Positions 1 through 12,900 are shown, counted from the stretch's first letter. The stretch is DNA of 44,576 nt from Selaginella moellendorffii (GCF_000143415.4 NW_003314313.1:601816-646391); one strand, 5' to 3'. A program made the numbers and translations. The notes: generated from the letters alone by a model not told the origin.

Positions 1-1057
1 TACTTCCACTCAAAGTTCTGAAAGCAATTTATAAATTGATTGTGGAACTTTTAACTGTTAAACTCCTTATCTCTCCATAAAAAAATAGAAAACCTTGAGA
101 AGATTATATAAAAATGAAGAGTAAAACTATGTTAAGTGTGAAAAATTGGAATTTCGTTTGAAAAGAACAATAGAAGCACGTTTTTGAACAAAACTAGAAA
201 GTGACAGAAAAAAAATACATCAAATTTGAAAATTTTTATTTACTTAATGGATTATGCTATAATCATTGTAGTCAATCTCACGGTGGGTCTGTTTCTTTTC
301 TCTATACTCTACTAGTAGATTCCTCAAAAATGCAATCCAACATTGATAAATACATCTCAAAGATAGTAAGATTAAAACTATCAAAGAGTGAGAAAGAACA
401 AGAAGAATAGATTGATAAAACAAAGATAGAAAGGGAAACATATGCTTAAGTAATTTTTATCATTTTTGTTACTCTAGTGTATAATTTCTTGATTAAAATA
501 AAAATTTCTATAAATTGTATATTACTATGAAAATTTAAACCTTCAATTCTGGTTAATACTGGCCAGCATCCTAATTAATTCTTTCTTAAGGTTTCCAGGC
601 AAATCTCTAGAATTCGATCTTGTTAAAGTCTTTTGATGTCAGCAAAATGATGATTTGCTGAAGCCTGGTAATCACATTCTGCTATGCCAGTGTCTTGGGG
701 GGAGTTTATGCTTATCCAATGCACTATCACTCCATTGCCATTTTGCTCCATCACATGGAATCTTAAAGAGATGGAGGGTGCGTGCTGCAAATGAAGACCA
801 AAGAGACCAGAGTGAACTAAATTATGGAAAGCTGGGTTTTAATTATAAACACTTCATATATATTGCTCCCGTCACCATTTTGCTCCATTGGTCCATTGAC
901 TTATTATGGTGAGCAAATTAGAACTTTTCTGATCTTTTGGCACGCGCGCTTCTAAATGGCATCAGTTAATTGGCGGAATTCGTTTCGGATGGACAATTTT
1001 CTATTTTAACCGGACAAGAAATCTCTAGAGCCTTTCTAATGTGCCTCAACGAATATC

Positions 1058-1059
<2 letters not shown>

Positions 1060-1097
<38 letters not shown>
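1060..1097. repeat. (TA)n microsatellite in GST upstream region
   Basis: Pure TA run; a shorter paralogous run lies at ~29211-29243. Confidence 0.95.
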
Positions 1098-1099
<2 letters not shown>

Positions 1100-1111
1100 T
1101 TCGAGAGAGAT

Positions 1112-1200
1112 GTCTTGTGTTTTCTGAGTTTCTCTTTGGAGTAGAAGCAAGTAGTAGCCATGTCGAAAGGGAGTGTCAAGGTCTTGAGCTTCTGGTCGAG
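1112..1200 (+). pseudogene. 5' relic of a tau GST paralogue (leader plus first ~14 codons, MSKGSVKVLSFWSR)
   Basis: The leader (ttttctgagtttctcttt..gagtagaagcaagtag) matches the GST copy 3 leader. The peptide from ATG 1160 matches [14 protein letters not shown], then similarity stops abruptly at ~1200. Confidence 0.8.
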
Positions 1201-1445
1201 AAATTACCCCAAACATAATCTTGACTCGAGGATTGTTGCGAGACCGTCAGAAGGTAAGGTATGGTTTTTATTTTTTATAGAGGTCGCGACAAGTTTCCTG
1301 ACTTTTTGTGCCATGCCAGCTATTTACCCGTACAAAAGGCTCTTACTTAGAAACTTCTAAGGTGCCTTAACGAATATTCACCGGCTCGCTGGCAGAGAAC
1401 TGTGCCTTCTATTTTCTGGGTTTCTCTTTTGTGCGAGTAGCAGTC

Positions 1446-2184
1446 ATGTCGAAAGACAGTGTGAAGCTCTTGAACTTCTGGCCGAGTATGTTTGGCTTGA
1501 GAGTTCACTATGCGCTGGATCTGAAAGGGGTGTCCTACGATTACCAGGAGGAGAATTTGTTCAACAAGAGCAAGGAGCTTCTCGAGGCAAATCCAATCTA
1601 TACGAAGATTCCGGTTCTCATCCACAACGGCAAGCCTATCTGCGAGTCTCTTGTCATCGTCGACTACATTGACTGTGTGTGGCCCGGTTCTCACAAGCTC
1701 CTCCCGGAAGATCCATACGAAAAGGCTGTGGCTCGCTTCTGGGCAGACTTTGGTGACAAAAAGGTAAACTTGTTGCTTCTCCCGGGTTGATCAAAACCAG
1801 ATTTTTCCTCACCAACAGCTCTATGACGCCGGGAGCCGACTCATACGAGCTATGGGGGAGGAGCACAAGAAAGCCGGCGAGGACTTGAAGTGGGCTCTGA
1901 TGAAAATCGATGAAGCTCTCGGCACCATCGCTCCAGGCAAGCCTTTCTTTGGCGGTGACGCTATGAACTTTGCAGATGTTGCTCTGGCTCCATTCATCTG
2001 CTGGTTCAAAGGCTACCAGAAAGTGGGAGGATTCGTGCTTCCAGGCCCGGAAGAATGGCCCAATCTCTACAAGTGGGTGGACGCTGTAAATTCCGTGGAC
2101 GCGATCAAGATATCCACTCCAAGCCATGACAAGATTGCTGAATTCGCTGAGGTTATCAGGAAGCGAGTTATCGGGGCTGCCTAA
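1446..2184 (+). CDS. GSTU: Tau-class glutathione S-transferase, copy 1 (exons 1446-1763, 1819-2184; 227 aa)
   Basis: N-terminal WPSMFGLRV (catalytic Ser), [51 protein letters not shown]. Single phase-0 55-bp GT-AG intron (1764-1818) at the canonical tau position; the spliced frame is open. Confidence 0.96.
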
Positions 2185-4129
2185 ACCATCAAGATAGATG
2201 CTGTTTTTATTTCATCATCTCGATGAGTAACCAATAAAAAGTACTTCAAATAAAGAATGTTTCTGACAAAATCCAGACGGTCCTTTCCAGAAATTTGGTG
2301 GAATGGCAATGCTTTAGTACTGTCTACCACATCAACACTTAATATCTCTCTCTCTCTTTCTGTGTGTTGGTGTGTTGTGTTGTTAGGATTAGCCTTTTTA
2401 TTAAAATCTTATTTTTTAAATTCTCTTTTTGCTTCTGTTTAGAAATATTATTTACAAATTTGCATAAAACAACTAGTAATTACACTTTCTATACTATGTT
2501 GTTATGAGAAGCTAACACTTTGTTACTATATGATTAAACAAACACTCTTGAGAAATCTTTTATTCATTGCTGAATGTTCTTTTGAAGGTTAATTCTTCCC
2601 TATATTATAACATTTCATAATTTTTGTCAAAATAAACTTTTTATTATCTCAAATGCACATACATCTATATATGGCAAAGCCTTTTCTATATAACAAATAC
2701 TTACCACATTGCTATTGTTTCATATTTATTAGTTTAAACATTTACTACCTTATAATCCTAGTTTTATATATTTAAAAAACTAGCTCAAGTCAAATTCTTT
2801 TTCTATAGATTACTTAATTTTATAGAGGTTAAAAAACATTAAGAATTACCACTTTTGAGGAGCTACCTTTGAAATAAATATTTAATAGTTTAGTTTTTTA
2901 ATTAAAATTTAATTTGCTACAATGCATATACTAATATTAGTGTAGTGGGATTTTGATTTACACCAGTCACTTTTGTATATAAATTATGGTTTTTGGGCTA
3001 ATTGATATGTACAATTCTATATTCCATTTCCATATTTCATGCACTCACATTAGTTGTCATGAATGTGATTTCGGGTATTGAAAGATACTTGTTATCCAAT
3101 CCTTACAGACACTCTTTCCTTACTGCTATGATAGCAGGAGGTCAGTACAATTGGATCCCTTTGGTAGCCCGTCTTCTACTAGTAGAGTTAATTGGACATT
3201 TCGAGTGTACTTAAATCGGATGAGCATAGATAGAATTTTTACATATTATACTTAGCCTGGTAAAGAGTTCATGTCTCGAAATATCTTGTATTGGCTAGTG
3301 ATAAAAACCCTCACGTATTAAGTCTAGTCTCTCAATATCATTATATGATAACTTATTATATTCACTAAACACCCTTGCTATCATGGCCTATGTGTTGGTT
3401 CTGTTCTGGTTCCATATACTATTTATGGTAAGTGTTTAGATCTGCTCAAAAGGCATATCTATGAAATGTAGAGAGTGTTTTAAACCCTATAGTGTTGTTC
3501 CTACTTCTAAATTTGCAATCTAGCACTATTCCATATTTAATAAATTTCACATTTGTCCCAAAGACTAACTCTTGGTACTAAAGGAGGTGAAAGCCCAAAG
3601 CAGAGGGGAGGTTATGAAAGGTTTCAAATGTATAATAAGGATAGTGGTTAAAATGTATGTTCGACCATTTGAGATATTAGTTTAGCTCCTATTGGGTTAT
3701 GTTGCTCTTTGTTTTGCATTTCGCTTAAGTCTAAGCCCAAGCTTTACACTGATCTAGTTGGTAGAGTACCCTCCTCCTCGCATTAGGCCACCAGGATGCC
3801 AAAATCATGCCAAACACTGTATGACACTATTTTGCATGCAAGTGTTGGATACGGGGAGTTGATGCTAATGGGATTGTACTAGACCCTCATTCTATAGTGC
3901 AACAAGCTTGGAGTTCAACTCCAAATTTAGATGTGCTACATTTGATATCAAAGGAATTGTTATAGTGATTCTTATCCAACTTTTGTCAGATTTTCTGACT
4001 TAAGTTGCATACACAGAGACTTTTCTAGTAGATCTGAAGTGACTTATGTAGGATTAGTTAGATTGTACCATTTGGTAAGAACATTGTATGTATGTTCAAC
4101 TACTGATAGAGGCATGCATGCAGCTAGTG

Positions 4130-6172
4130 GAATGATGAAAAGGAATTGTGCTAATGATCTTGAAACCTCTAGATAGGTGAATCAAGAGAAGGAAACTCCT
4201 ACTAGAGATGTTGCAAAAGAGGCTAAGGCTAAGTCAAAAGAGGAAGAGGCTAAGGCTGAGTTAGAAGAGGAAGAGCTAGATGCTACAACACTACAACATA
4301 TGGCTCAGGAAGTTGAGATCAAGAATTTGCGAAGGGAAATTTGCAAATTGAAGAAGGAGAACAAAAAGAAGAAAAAAGAATTTAAGATAGCTAAATCAAC
4401 TAAACCTAAGCAATTGGACTTCTCTTCAAATTTTGAGGACGATGAAGTTTTGTAACCGCCCCTGGTTGCATGAGTTTCAAAGTTCAAGCCTCCAAAACCA
4501 CTCAATTTCAAAGGCATGTAGAACTATCAGGTTTTGGAAGATTGGGTCTATGATATTGAAAACTATTTTATTGTAATAAACATAGATGAAAGTTGTGTAC
4601 ATGCAATCCTTTCTCACTAATTATGCCAAAACTTGGTGGTGCCAAGTGTGTGCTAGAAAAGGGTAAGCTAGAAGTTGGACCAAGATGCAGTCTCGTATCC
4701 ATAAGGAATACTTGTTGGACAATCTTGGTTCAAAACTTTACACGAAGTTGCAACAATTAAAGTAGTGAGGGGACCTTATACATTATGTTAATGCATTTGC
4801 TCAGAAGCATATTATGTTTACAAATATGAGTGACAAAGATGCTCGAAGTTATTTCTTGGAAGGTTTAAGTTCACTTTCTCGCAATAAGATTTTGAAGTTT
4901 AAACTGAAAACGTACTTAGAGTGTATAGAGACAGCATAACAAGTTGCTTTCAGTTACTCACTCATGGAATAATATCAACAATCATATATTAGTACCTCAG
5001 ACAAGAATAAGAACTTTGGAAATAAACAAGGTGATTAGAAATAGAAGGTGGAAGGAAAGTTCTGCCCTAGAGGCTCACAAGCAACAGTTAACAAAGATGG
5101 TGGTTGGTGACCATTAGCAGCTTCTTCCGGTCCTAGGCCCTCTGTTCTTCCTCTTGGTGGGTATAAGCAATAGGAACTTGCGAAATCTGCTCCTAGTGGA
5201 ATAGGTAATATGGGTCATTGCTTCCATTGTGGAGGGATAGGATATAGGTCCTTGAAATGTCCCAACAAACATAAGACAAAGTCTTTTATTAATGTCATTA
5301 GGGAAGATGGTGGTGGTGAAGTTGAAGGGGTTGATGAGTTGGTCAATGCAAACTATGAGGAAGAGGAGGTGAGTTACTTTCGTTACTTTCCTTAAGTTTT
5401 TCTCGTAGTCAATGCAAATAATGATTCATTAATATATTTGATAGGCTTTGTTTATGGACACTAAATTTGAGTGATGATTAATACAGGAGCTATGCACATC
5501 ATGATATTTGAAGACTTAGTTAAGTTGTTAATATTAAATGCTAAGCAAATGTCACCTATACACTTCTAGTTTGTGGAAGATGGGCAAGTAGCTAGAAAAT
5601 TTGTGAGTGATATTCCAATAAGACTATCTAAGTGGAAAGAAAGAGTGGACTTGGTAGAGTTGAAGATTCCAGATTTTTAAATGGTGTTTGGTATGGATTT
5701 CTGCAACAAATATATAAAAGGGATTTATGGTGCTGGACAGAGTCATATCACGTTGAGGTCAAAAGGACATCTTGATGTGTCATTTTAGTTGCAAAAGTAC
5801 TCTTTAAAGGATTGCGATGCTAAATTCTTGATTGTGAGAGCCGCTTAAAAAGTAGTTAAGAAGGGATGTTGGACTTTTTGGGTTCAAGTGATGGAAGCTA
5901 AAGGTGATGGTGATTCAATTCGAACTGGTGATGGGGTTGATTTTGTACCAAAAGAGATATTGGAGTTGTTAGCATGGAATCAAGTTATATTTCTGAAGGA
6001 TTTGCCACTAGAGCTACCTCTTAGCTATAAGGTTGATCATCGGATTGAGGTTATTCCGAGTTCTAAACCACCTATGAAGGCTCTATATCGTTTAAACATC
6101 AAGGAGATGGCTAAACTCAAGAAGCAACTCATGGAAGTTCTTAACAAAGGTTATATCCAGCCAAACAAATAA
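4130..6172 (+). pseudogene. Degenerate gag / aspartic protease / start of RT of element B
   Basis: Zinc knuckle CFHCGGIGYRSLKC (5219-), protease-like VMINTGAMH and MVFGMDFC, and LPLELPLSYKVDHRIEVIP...ELKKQL.E.L.KGYIQP-type pre-RT segment. Many stops; truncated at the start of RT. Confidence 0.85.
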
Positions 6173-8056
6173 TTTTATTTATGGAAAGTGTCTAAATTTG
6201 TTCATTTGGCATATCTATGAAATGTAAAGATTATTCTAAACATAATGGTGTTCGTCTTATATCCAAATTCACAATCTAGGGATATTTCATATTTAATAAA
6301 TTTCAAGCTTATCCTAAAGACTAACTTTTGGTATTAAAGGTGGCTAAGGGTGAAAGCCTAAAGCGTGTGTTCCTCAAGAAGGGGGGTATAATAGGGATAG
6401 TGGGATGTATAGTAGGGATAGTGGGTAAGTTGGGTATGGTTGACCAACCTGAGGCAACTCTGACTTGTGTGCCTGTCCTTGTTCTACTTCTGACTTGGGT
6501 CTAAGCCCAAATTCCACACTATACTAGTTTCGTAAGGAGTCCTTATCTTGTTGTGTTTGGCATTGGCTAATGACAGGAACTCTCGCGTATTGAGTCTAGT
6601 CCCTCAATATTGCTATAATATAGCTTACTGTGTCTGCCAAATGCCCTCACTATCATGCCCTATGTGTTGGTTTCGTTTTGGATTTATATACTATTTATGG
6701 TAAGTGTCTAGATCTGCCCAAGAGGCATATCTACGGAATGTAGAGTGTCCTGAATCCTATAGTGATATTCCTACTTCCAAACTCACGATCTAGTGCCATT
6801 CCATATTTAGTAAGTTTTACGCTTATCGCAAAGACTAACTTTTGGTACTAAGGGAAGTTTGGGGTGAAAGCCCAAAGCATGTGTTCCTCAAAGGGTGGGG
6901 GGGAGTTATGGGGGGTGTCAAATGTATAGTATGGATAGTGGAGCTATAGAGGGTTCCAAATGTGGGATAGGTTAGGTAATAAAGATAGTGAGATGTATAA
7001 TAAGGATAGTGGGTAGGTTAGATATGGTTGACCAACTTGAGGTATAATATAGCTCTCACTTGCGTGCTTGTTCTTGTTCTACTTTCGGCTTGAGTCTAAG
7101 CCCAAATTCCACACTATACTAGCTGGTGGAGTATTTATATCTTCGCATTAGGCCATTGGTATACTGAAATAATGTTAAACTCCATTTAGCTCCATTTTGC
7201 GTGCTGGTCTTAGCATTGGGATGTTAAATGCTTTATGACTGTTCCAAGTCACTCTGTGCTCTTGTCCCTTTTCTCCTTGGGCTGAATGCTTGGGAGTTCC
7301 TCCGTGCTTCAATTCATTCGCTCTTTAGCTACATACTTAGGAGTTTGGCTCCATTACTTTGTTCAGTGGCATAAGGCTTTAAAACTTAGGCTCGACTCCA
7401 TTATCCTTGGGACATGTGGCATGTGACATGTGGCATATGACATGTGGCATATAAAAGGTTTATGTTCTGCTTTATGGTTATCCTATGGTAAATCACCATA
7501 AAATAAAGGGTGAAAACCATATGCATTATAGAGGGTTACCTAACTTGTGAATCAACTTAGGAACCTCTTAGGAATCTTACACATGCTCATGAGATTGTCA
7601 CGGAGTATGAGAATCGTAATAAAGCCTAGCTTTTGTAAATTTTGTAATAAATCTTGCAAATCAATAATTTATAAATCAACTTTTTATTTCTCTCGTTCAT
7701 TAGTACTTAAGTTAGTTTTGGTAGGTTGACTTTGGCACTTCGGTGCATAGGTTCAATCTATAACCATGGGGATAACTATTATAGACTGATCACAAGTCCC
7801 TGTCCCTCTCCCAATAACTCATTTTTGAAAGGGGCATGGTCGTGTAAATTTACCAGTTTATAAAAGTTGTCTAAATCTTCCTGATGGGGTTGATTTCTTG
7901 CTCAAGGGAGTTGGGTTTTTGGCTCCCTCCCTATGTCTCTGTGGGCAAAGATGTATCATTCCTTTGTAAGTTGAGTGGTACTTGGAGTAGCAAGAGTGGT
8001 TAACTCCATTAGACATTTTCTTGTCAATGACAACTGGAGGGTGTTTGAGTCTTAAC

Positions 8057-9901
8057 TGTGAGACACAAAATCCCTAGGCCCCAAAGTGGAGCCGGAAGGG
8101 CGCCACATGGTAGTGGCCGAAGCGAGAGCCAAACGAGCGTAACACGTTTGGACCAAAAGCTCCGACTTGAAAAGTCAAGAGCAGGAGTGGAACTCCCAAC
8201 GAAGTGCTCAAGGAACGAGCACAAAGCGAGCAAAAGGCGAGGCTCCAAAAAGGGACCCAAAAGGACCAACACATGACACGTGGGAGTGTCCGAGATGGAG
8301 TCCGAAGTGGAGTCCGAGATGGACCCGAGTTGAAGTCCGAAGTGGAGTCCGAGATGGACCCGAGATGGAGTCCGAGATGGAGTCCGAAGTGGAGTCCGAG
8401 GTGGACCCGAGATGGACCCGAGATGGAGTCCGAAGTGGAGTCCGAGGTGGACCCGAGATGGACCCGAGTTGGAGTCCAAAGTGGAGTCCGAGATGGACCC
8501 GAGATGGAGTCCGAGATGGAGTCCGAGATGGAGTCCGAGGTGGACCTGAGATGGACCCAAAATGGAGTCCGAGATGGAGTCCGAGATGGAGTCTGAGATG
8601 GAGTCCGAGGTGGACCCGAGATGGACCTGAAATGGAGTCCGAGATGGAGTCCGAGATGGACCCGAGATGGAGTCCGAGATGGAGTTCGAGATGGACCCGA
8701 GATGGAGTCCGAGATGGAGTCCGAGATGGAGTCCAAGATGGAGTCCGAAGTCGAGACCGAGACCGGGACCGAGACCGAGATCGAGACCGAGACCGAGATC
8801 GGGACCGAGACCGAGACCGAGGCCGAGCCCGAGACCGAGCCCGAGCCCGAGTCCGAGTCCGAATCCGAGTCCGAGTCCGAGTCCGAGTCCGAGTCCGGAG
8901 CCTGAGAGGGTGAAAGCCCAAAGCGTTCGTCTCCCAGACCCTGGGGGGTTTGGTGAGCTCCAAAAGTATAGTAAGGGGGAGGACTGCAATGGAGCCAGTT
9001 TGGCCAGGAAAGGCCAGTTTGGCCCAGGAAGGCCAGACCCAGTGTTGGGTGATGAGCTGCCCACTGGGAAGTCCAAGACTAGAGTGAACACAGACCGACA
9101 AGCGGGGTAGCTTGGTGAAGTGTTCAAGAGCCGGCTCTAGTTCCCCCGGGAGATCGACTGGCCGATGCTCCCAGTCCAAGTGTGGGTGGCACTACCTACT
9201 TGGATACCTGGTGTGGCTCAACGAAACCCGCTCTAAGCCCATGGCTAGAGCACCCAAGGGCAGAAGGCGAGGAGAGTACCCAGGTGACTTGCATAAGGCC
9301 ACGGTGTTCCAAAATGTTGTCCCAAAGGCCCAGACTGTGGAAAGGAAGAGGAGCAATCCTCTAGGGTAGTGACCAAGGACACAGTCGTGTGGTGAGGAAG
9401 TCCCAGAGGACCGTGGGACTTAGAGGTCGGGCCTGTGGGTCTCGATCTAGTGGCAGTGTTGGCAAACACGGCCAGGGGCAGAAAGGGACTTAGTGGGGAC
9501 TGACAGAGGGATATTGGGGAAGGCTATTCCCCTTGTTGGTGGGCATCCTAAGGATGCTAAGGAGTGGATCTGAGATGACCACTCACGGATGGGTTGCCTA
9601 GTCTTGGAGGGCCAAGACGGTGATGCAAGTGGTGTTGGACCACCAGTGTGACCAAGTTAAATGGGCATGGCCTTAGCGTAACGGGCCGGTACGTCGGTGA
9701 TACCTTGGGTTGTCGATCATGGGATCGGACACATGGAGCACTTGGACCAAGTGCTAAGGTTGAGTGGCATGGATGCCATTCTCGGGGCTAGCAAGCCCCA
9801 AGTCCTGAGTTGGACTTATGGAGGTGGTCAATGAGACTCCTCCAAGTGGTCAGAGGTGTGGTTAAGTGACTAAAGTAAAATGGAAAAATTAGTCGCTTAC
9901 A
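8057..9901 (+). repeat. 5' LTR of element A (1845 bp)
   Basis: Starts tgtgagacac, ends gtcgcttaca; nearly identical to the 3' LTR outside the satellite. Confidence 0.93.
8284..8898. repeat. LTR-internal minisatellite: GAGATGGAGTCC/GAGATGGACCC 12/11-mers grading into GAGACC and GAGTCC hexamers
   Basis: Direct reading; source of the low-complexity ORFs in all frames. Equivalent arrays at ~14239-14888, ~20460-20893 (minus) and degenerate at ~21820-22045. Confidence 0.95.
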
Positions 9902-9904
9902 ATT

Positions 9905-9917
9905 TGGTATCGGAGCC
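9905..9917 (+). promoter_or_regulatory. Primer-binding site (initiator tRNA-Met type) of element A
   Basis: TGGTATCGGAGCC 3 nt after the 5' LTR end; one mismatch to the common plant TGGTATCAGAGC PBS. Confidence 0.88.
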
Positions 9918-12900
9918 GTTCCTTAGTCCGACTTTTATTGGTGCTCAAGTATATCACCACTAGTGTTGGCATCGGAAGGTCCGAGGAGTGAGCCTATCCT
10001 TGAGGAGTAGCAAGTCGGGAAGACATGGCTCTCCATTACAGTTCATGTGTGAACTTGTAGACGAGGTGGTGGATAGAAAAGGGCCAATAATGGAACGACT
10101 TTGGGATCTTGGGAACAGTGTAAGGTTTTCCTCATTGAGTTGAGGATGTGATCCGGATGAGCATTTGTCTCAGCAAATTGGCTAAGGTTGTTGTGGTAAA
10201 CAACTAAAGTTGGGATCACGGGAAAGATAGAGACTCCAAAACAATAAAGGAGTCACAAGATTATCCTCATATAGTTGAGGTTGGTGCTTATGAATGTGAG
10301 ACCAAAGGTAATGACCGTGGAAGGTCAAATACGGAAGAGGACTCAAGTCCTTGAAATGGTAGCCGGGGCTACCTTTAATAAATGCTGGAACAACCCAAGG
10401 AGTTGGGGGGTGTACTTAAAGATGAGTGGTATTCTCATCGCATGGACAAGTAGTCCTAAGGGGCAAAGGTTGCCCCCAGAGAACAAAATCAAGTGTCGGA
10501 GTAACACTTGTGAAAATAGTCCTTTTGAGTAGGACAGGAATGCAAGAAGTGTATTCCAGTGAGCTAGTGCCTCACAAATAGGACCTTACGGGTCTGTGGA
10601 TTAACCAAGTCCAAAACTGCTGGATAACTCAAGTAGAGTCAAGGGATGGTCCTAAAAGGACTGATGGAAGCATTTGGACTGAGGTGTGTTGTACCCCACA
10701 AAAGATGGGGGGGGATCATAGGATCCAAGGATGAGAACAGAGGGTATCTCATCGATGGCAAAATGTGCCATGCTAAAGTTATGGGAAAGGTGTTCCCAGA
10801 AGAAAACAACTTTGACATAAAGTTGTGTGTGACCCCTATGGGGCAGTGCTAACGGATGGTTGGCATGAGAAAGAGCAGTGTTGGTCTAGGCAAAGACTTA
10901 GACACGAAAGGGAAATGTCATAGAGGTAGGCTCGTGGAGCCGATGGTGTGGAGACACCAAATGTGCCAAGGTGTGATACCTTGAGGCTATGTTGGTGGGT
11001 TCATGAGAACCCCTTGCCAAAGGAATCCCAATGGAAATGGGAATGGCATAGCCTAAGCTGCAGAGCATGCAGTTGGAGTGTGGTGACCCAGATAATGATG
11101 GAGGTGTGAAAGCACCAAGCAATGAGTTGTAGGACTTGACAACTATGAGGCAACTAAGCAAGAGGTGCAAAGTAACTGGTTAAACGGGTAGAAGGTAGCT
11201 ACCCAAGACTTCTTAATAGCATAAGGAAGTTGGATATACCCTTACGGGGGATAAGTTGCTTGTGTTGTGATATAGTAAGTCAATGTCATAAAAGGAAATA
11301 CTCATTGTCAAGAAAGCCATCATTGGGACACCCGAACACTCTAGAACACCAGAAGGTGGTGTTTGATGTCGCGAGGGCAAGGGATAAAGCCCAAGGGACT
11401 AAGTCCCTAGCGAATGATGGATAGAAGGTGCTATCCAAATGTCCAAGGTTGCGGAGACAGGAGAGGACTGTCTACCCGAGTTGGACAAAGCCAAAAATGG
11501 AATTTTGGCAAGGCTAGTGATGGGCATGTAAAGGCCCATAAGCAACAATGTAATCCCAGTGTGTGGGATTATAAGGTGAGCATACCCGGATTGAGGAACC
11601 ACTCCCTAGGCTATGGGGTAGGTTCATCCCTAAGAATACTTGCTAAAGCGTGATAGAAAGTGCAAAGCTATCCTCCTGGTCTAGAGGAGAATGACCAAAG
11701 GAAAGGTGTGAAGCCAAAAAGCAAGAAGTAAGGGGATAGAACCGAACCATAGGAATCAAAGGGCATAACCAAGGTTAGTTATGCCAGCTGGGAGTGGAGA
11801 ATCAAGTGGGGGCTCGAGGGTGTTGCCGCTAGCAACCGTGATGCCATGGAAAGTCTAAAATATGGAATTATCCATGTTAGACTATGTGGCATTTTGAAGG
11901 CTTACAAAAAGGGAGGCCTTAGCAAGCTGAGGGACAGAGTTCCTTCAAGGTTCCCAAAGACGATTCTAGGTAGCTTAGTACCTAGAAAGGCCAAGTGTAA
12001 ATGGTTCATGGAACGCGCGAAATCAGAGTGGCGCAGCAGAAGCGTGGTCTTGAAGCTTGCCATGAGGCAAGGCTATCAAGGTTAGGGAAGTAGTTCCCGA
12101 GTGTTCAAAGAGAGGGCTTTGAACGAAAGTCGATGGTCAAGGACTTTCACGCTTATGCAGGAACCATGTTACAGTGGTCAGAGGACTTGCCAAGCGAGAT
12201 TGGCACGTCGGGGGAACAAATACCCTAGTTGAAGGTGATAACTTCAAAAAGGGTGGGCCATGGGGCCGAGCATGGAGGAGTCCATGCATGATCACAAACA
12301 TGTCAGGTGAGAGGACTTGGCAGTGTGGAGGAACTAGGTTCCTAAGCAGTGATCTATAGTGCGCTTTAAAAATAAGTTGGTGCACCGGCGTGGGGAGTCA
12401 CGCCAGGCATCTTGTGTGATGCCGTCCGTAGATGCATATACGGAGGTGGGGTTCGAGTCCCGACCCTCTAGTGCTTGGGTTCGAGTCCCAAATCACTAGG
12501 GCGTGGTGATGGTTTGGAATATGAGGACACTCATATTTTGGTGGTCATGGACTCTCAGTGGGGAGACTGGTTTGGGCACACCGCCAAGCGAGGGATGCCT
12601 CGGAGTTGTGATGCACGGTTAGATTGCTTAGTGTGAAAGCTCAGCATATCTAACTTGAACACTTTGGTGCAAGTGGCACCAAGGTCGTGGTGAGTGAGAT
12701 GGGGACACCTAATCTCAGTTGCTATGAACCCTTGGCCGTAAGGGCTAGCTTGGGTGCACCGCCAAGTGTGGGGGATGCCCCCGGGGTTATAGTTAACAAC
12801 TTGGAGGTCTAGAAAACCAAGTACCTCTTGGCAACTCTGTTAAGGTGCCAAGGTGAGATCACTAGGTGATCTTATAGCTAGATAAGGACAAGGTCCTTGG

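Larger units (their letters stand above)
1..2915. repeat. GST tandem-duplication unit (copy A); paralogous to 28159-31010
   Basis: Position 1 (tacttccactcaaagttc) aligns to 28159. Near-identical colinear sequence runs through promoter and GST; the downstream flank is more diverged but still alignable (also to 26300-27080). Confidence 0.92.

Noticed and set aside
201-912. Short ORFs upstream of GST1, repeated at 28359-29160
   Set aside because: AT-rich, non-ATG starts or no recognisable motifs; conserved only because of the recent duplication, and the 655-912 ORF is broken in the duplicate.
8284-8898. CRISPR-like array
   Set aside because: Head-to-tail repeats without unique spacers, no cas genes, and a eukaryotic context.
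8900-8922. Short resemblance to rRNA segments (cctgagagggtgaa)
   Set aside because: Only ~15 nt with no flanking rRNA similarity; likely chance.
8896-8940. Hammerhead ribozyme (retrozyme-like): CTGAGA-GGGTGAAAGCCC-AAAGCG..GTC
   Set aside because: The core is CTGAGA rather than CUGANGA, the GAAA after stem II is absent, stem I does not close at the putative GTC, and in the solo LTR the CTGAGA is paired with TCTCAG. An Infernal search with hammerhead models on the family consensus would settle it.
8024-9179. Long ORFs (up to 367 aa here; 406 aa at 13949-15169; also 20235-21147) resembling SR/RD-rich or extensin-like proteins
   Set aside because: They are open in several frames on both strands only because the LTR minisatellite lacks stop codons, and the frames differ between LTR copies.
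12410-12500. Complete tRNA gene
   Set aside because: Only T-arm-like parts are present; I could not fold D-arm and anticodon arms into a cloverleaf.
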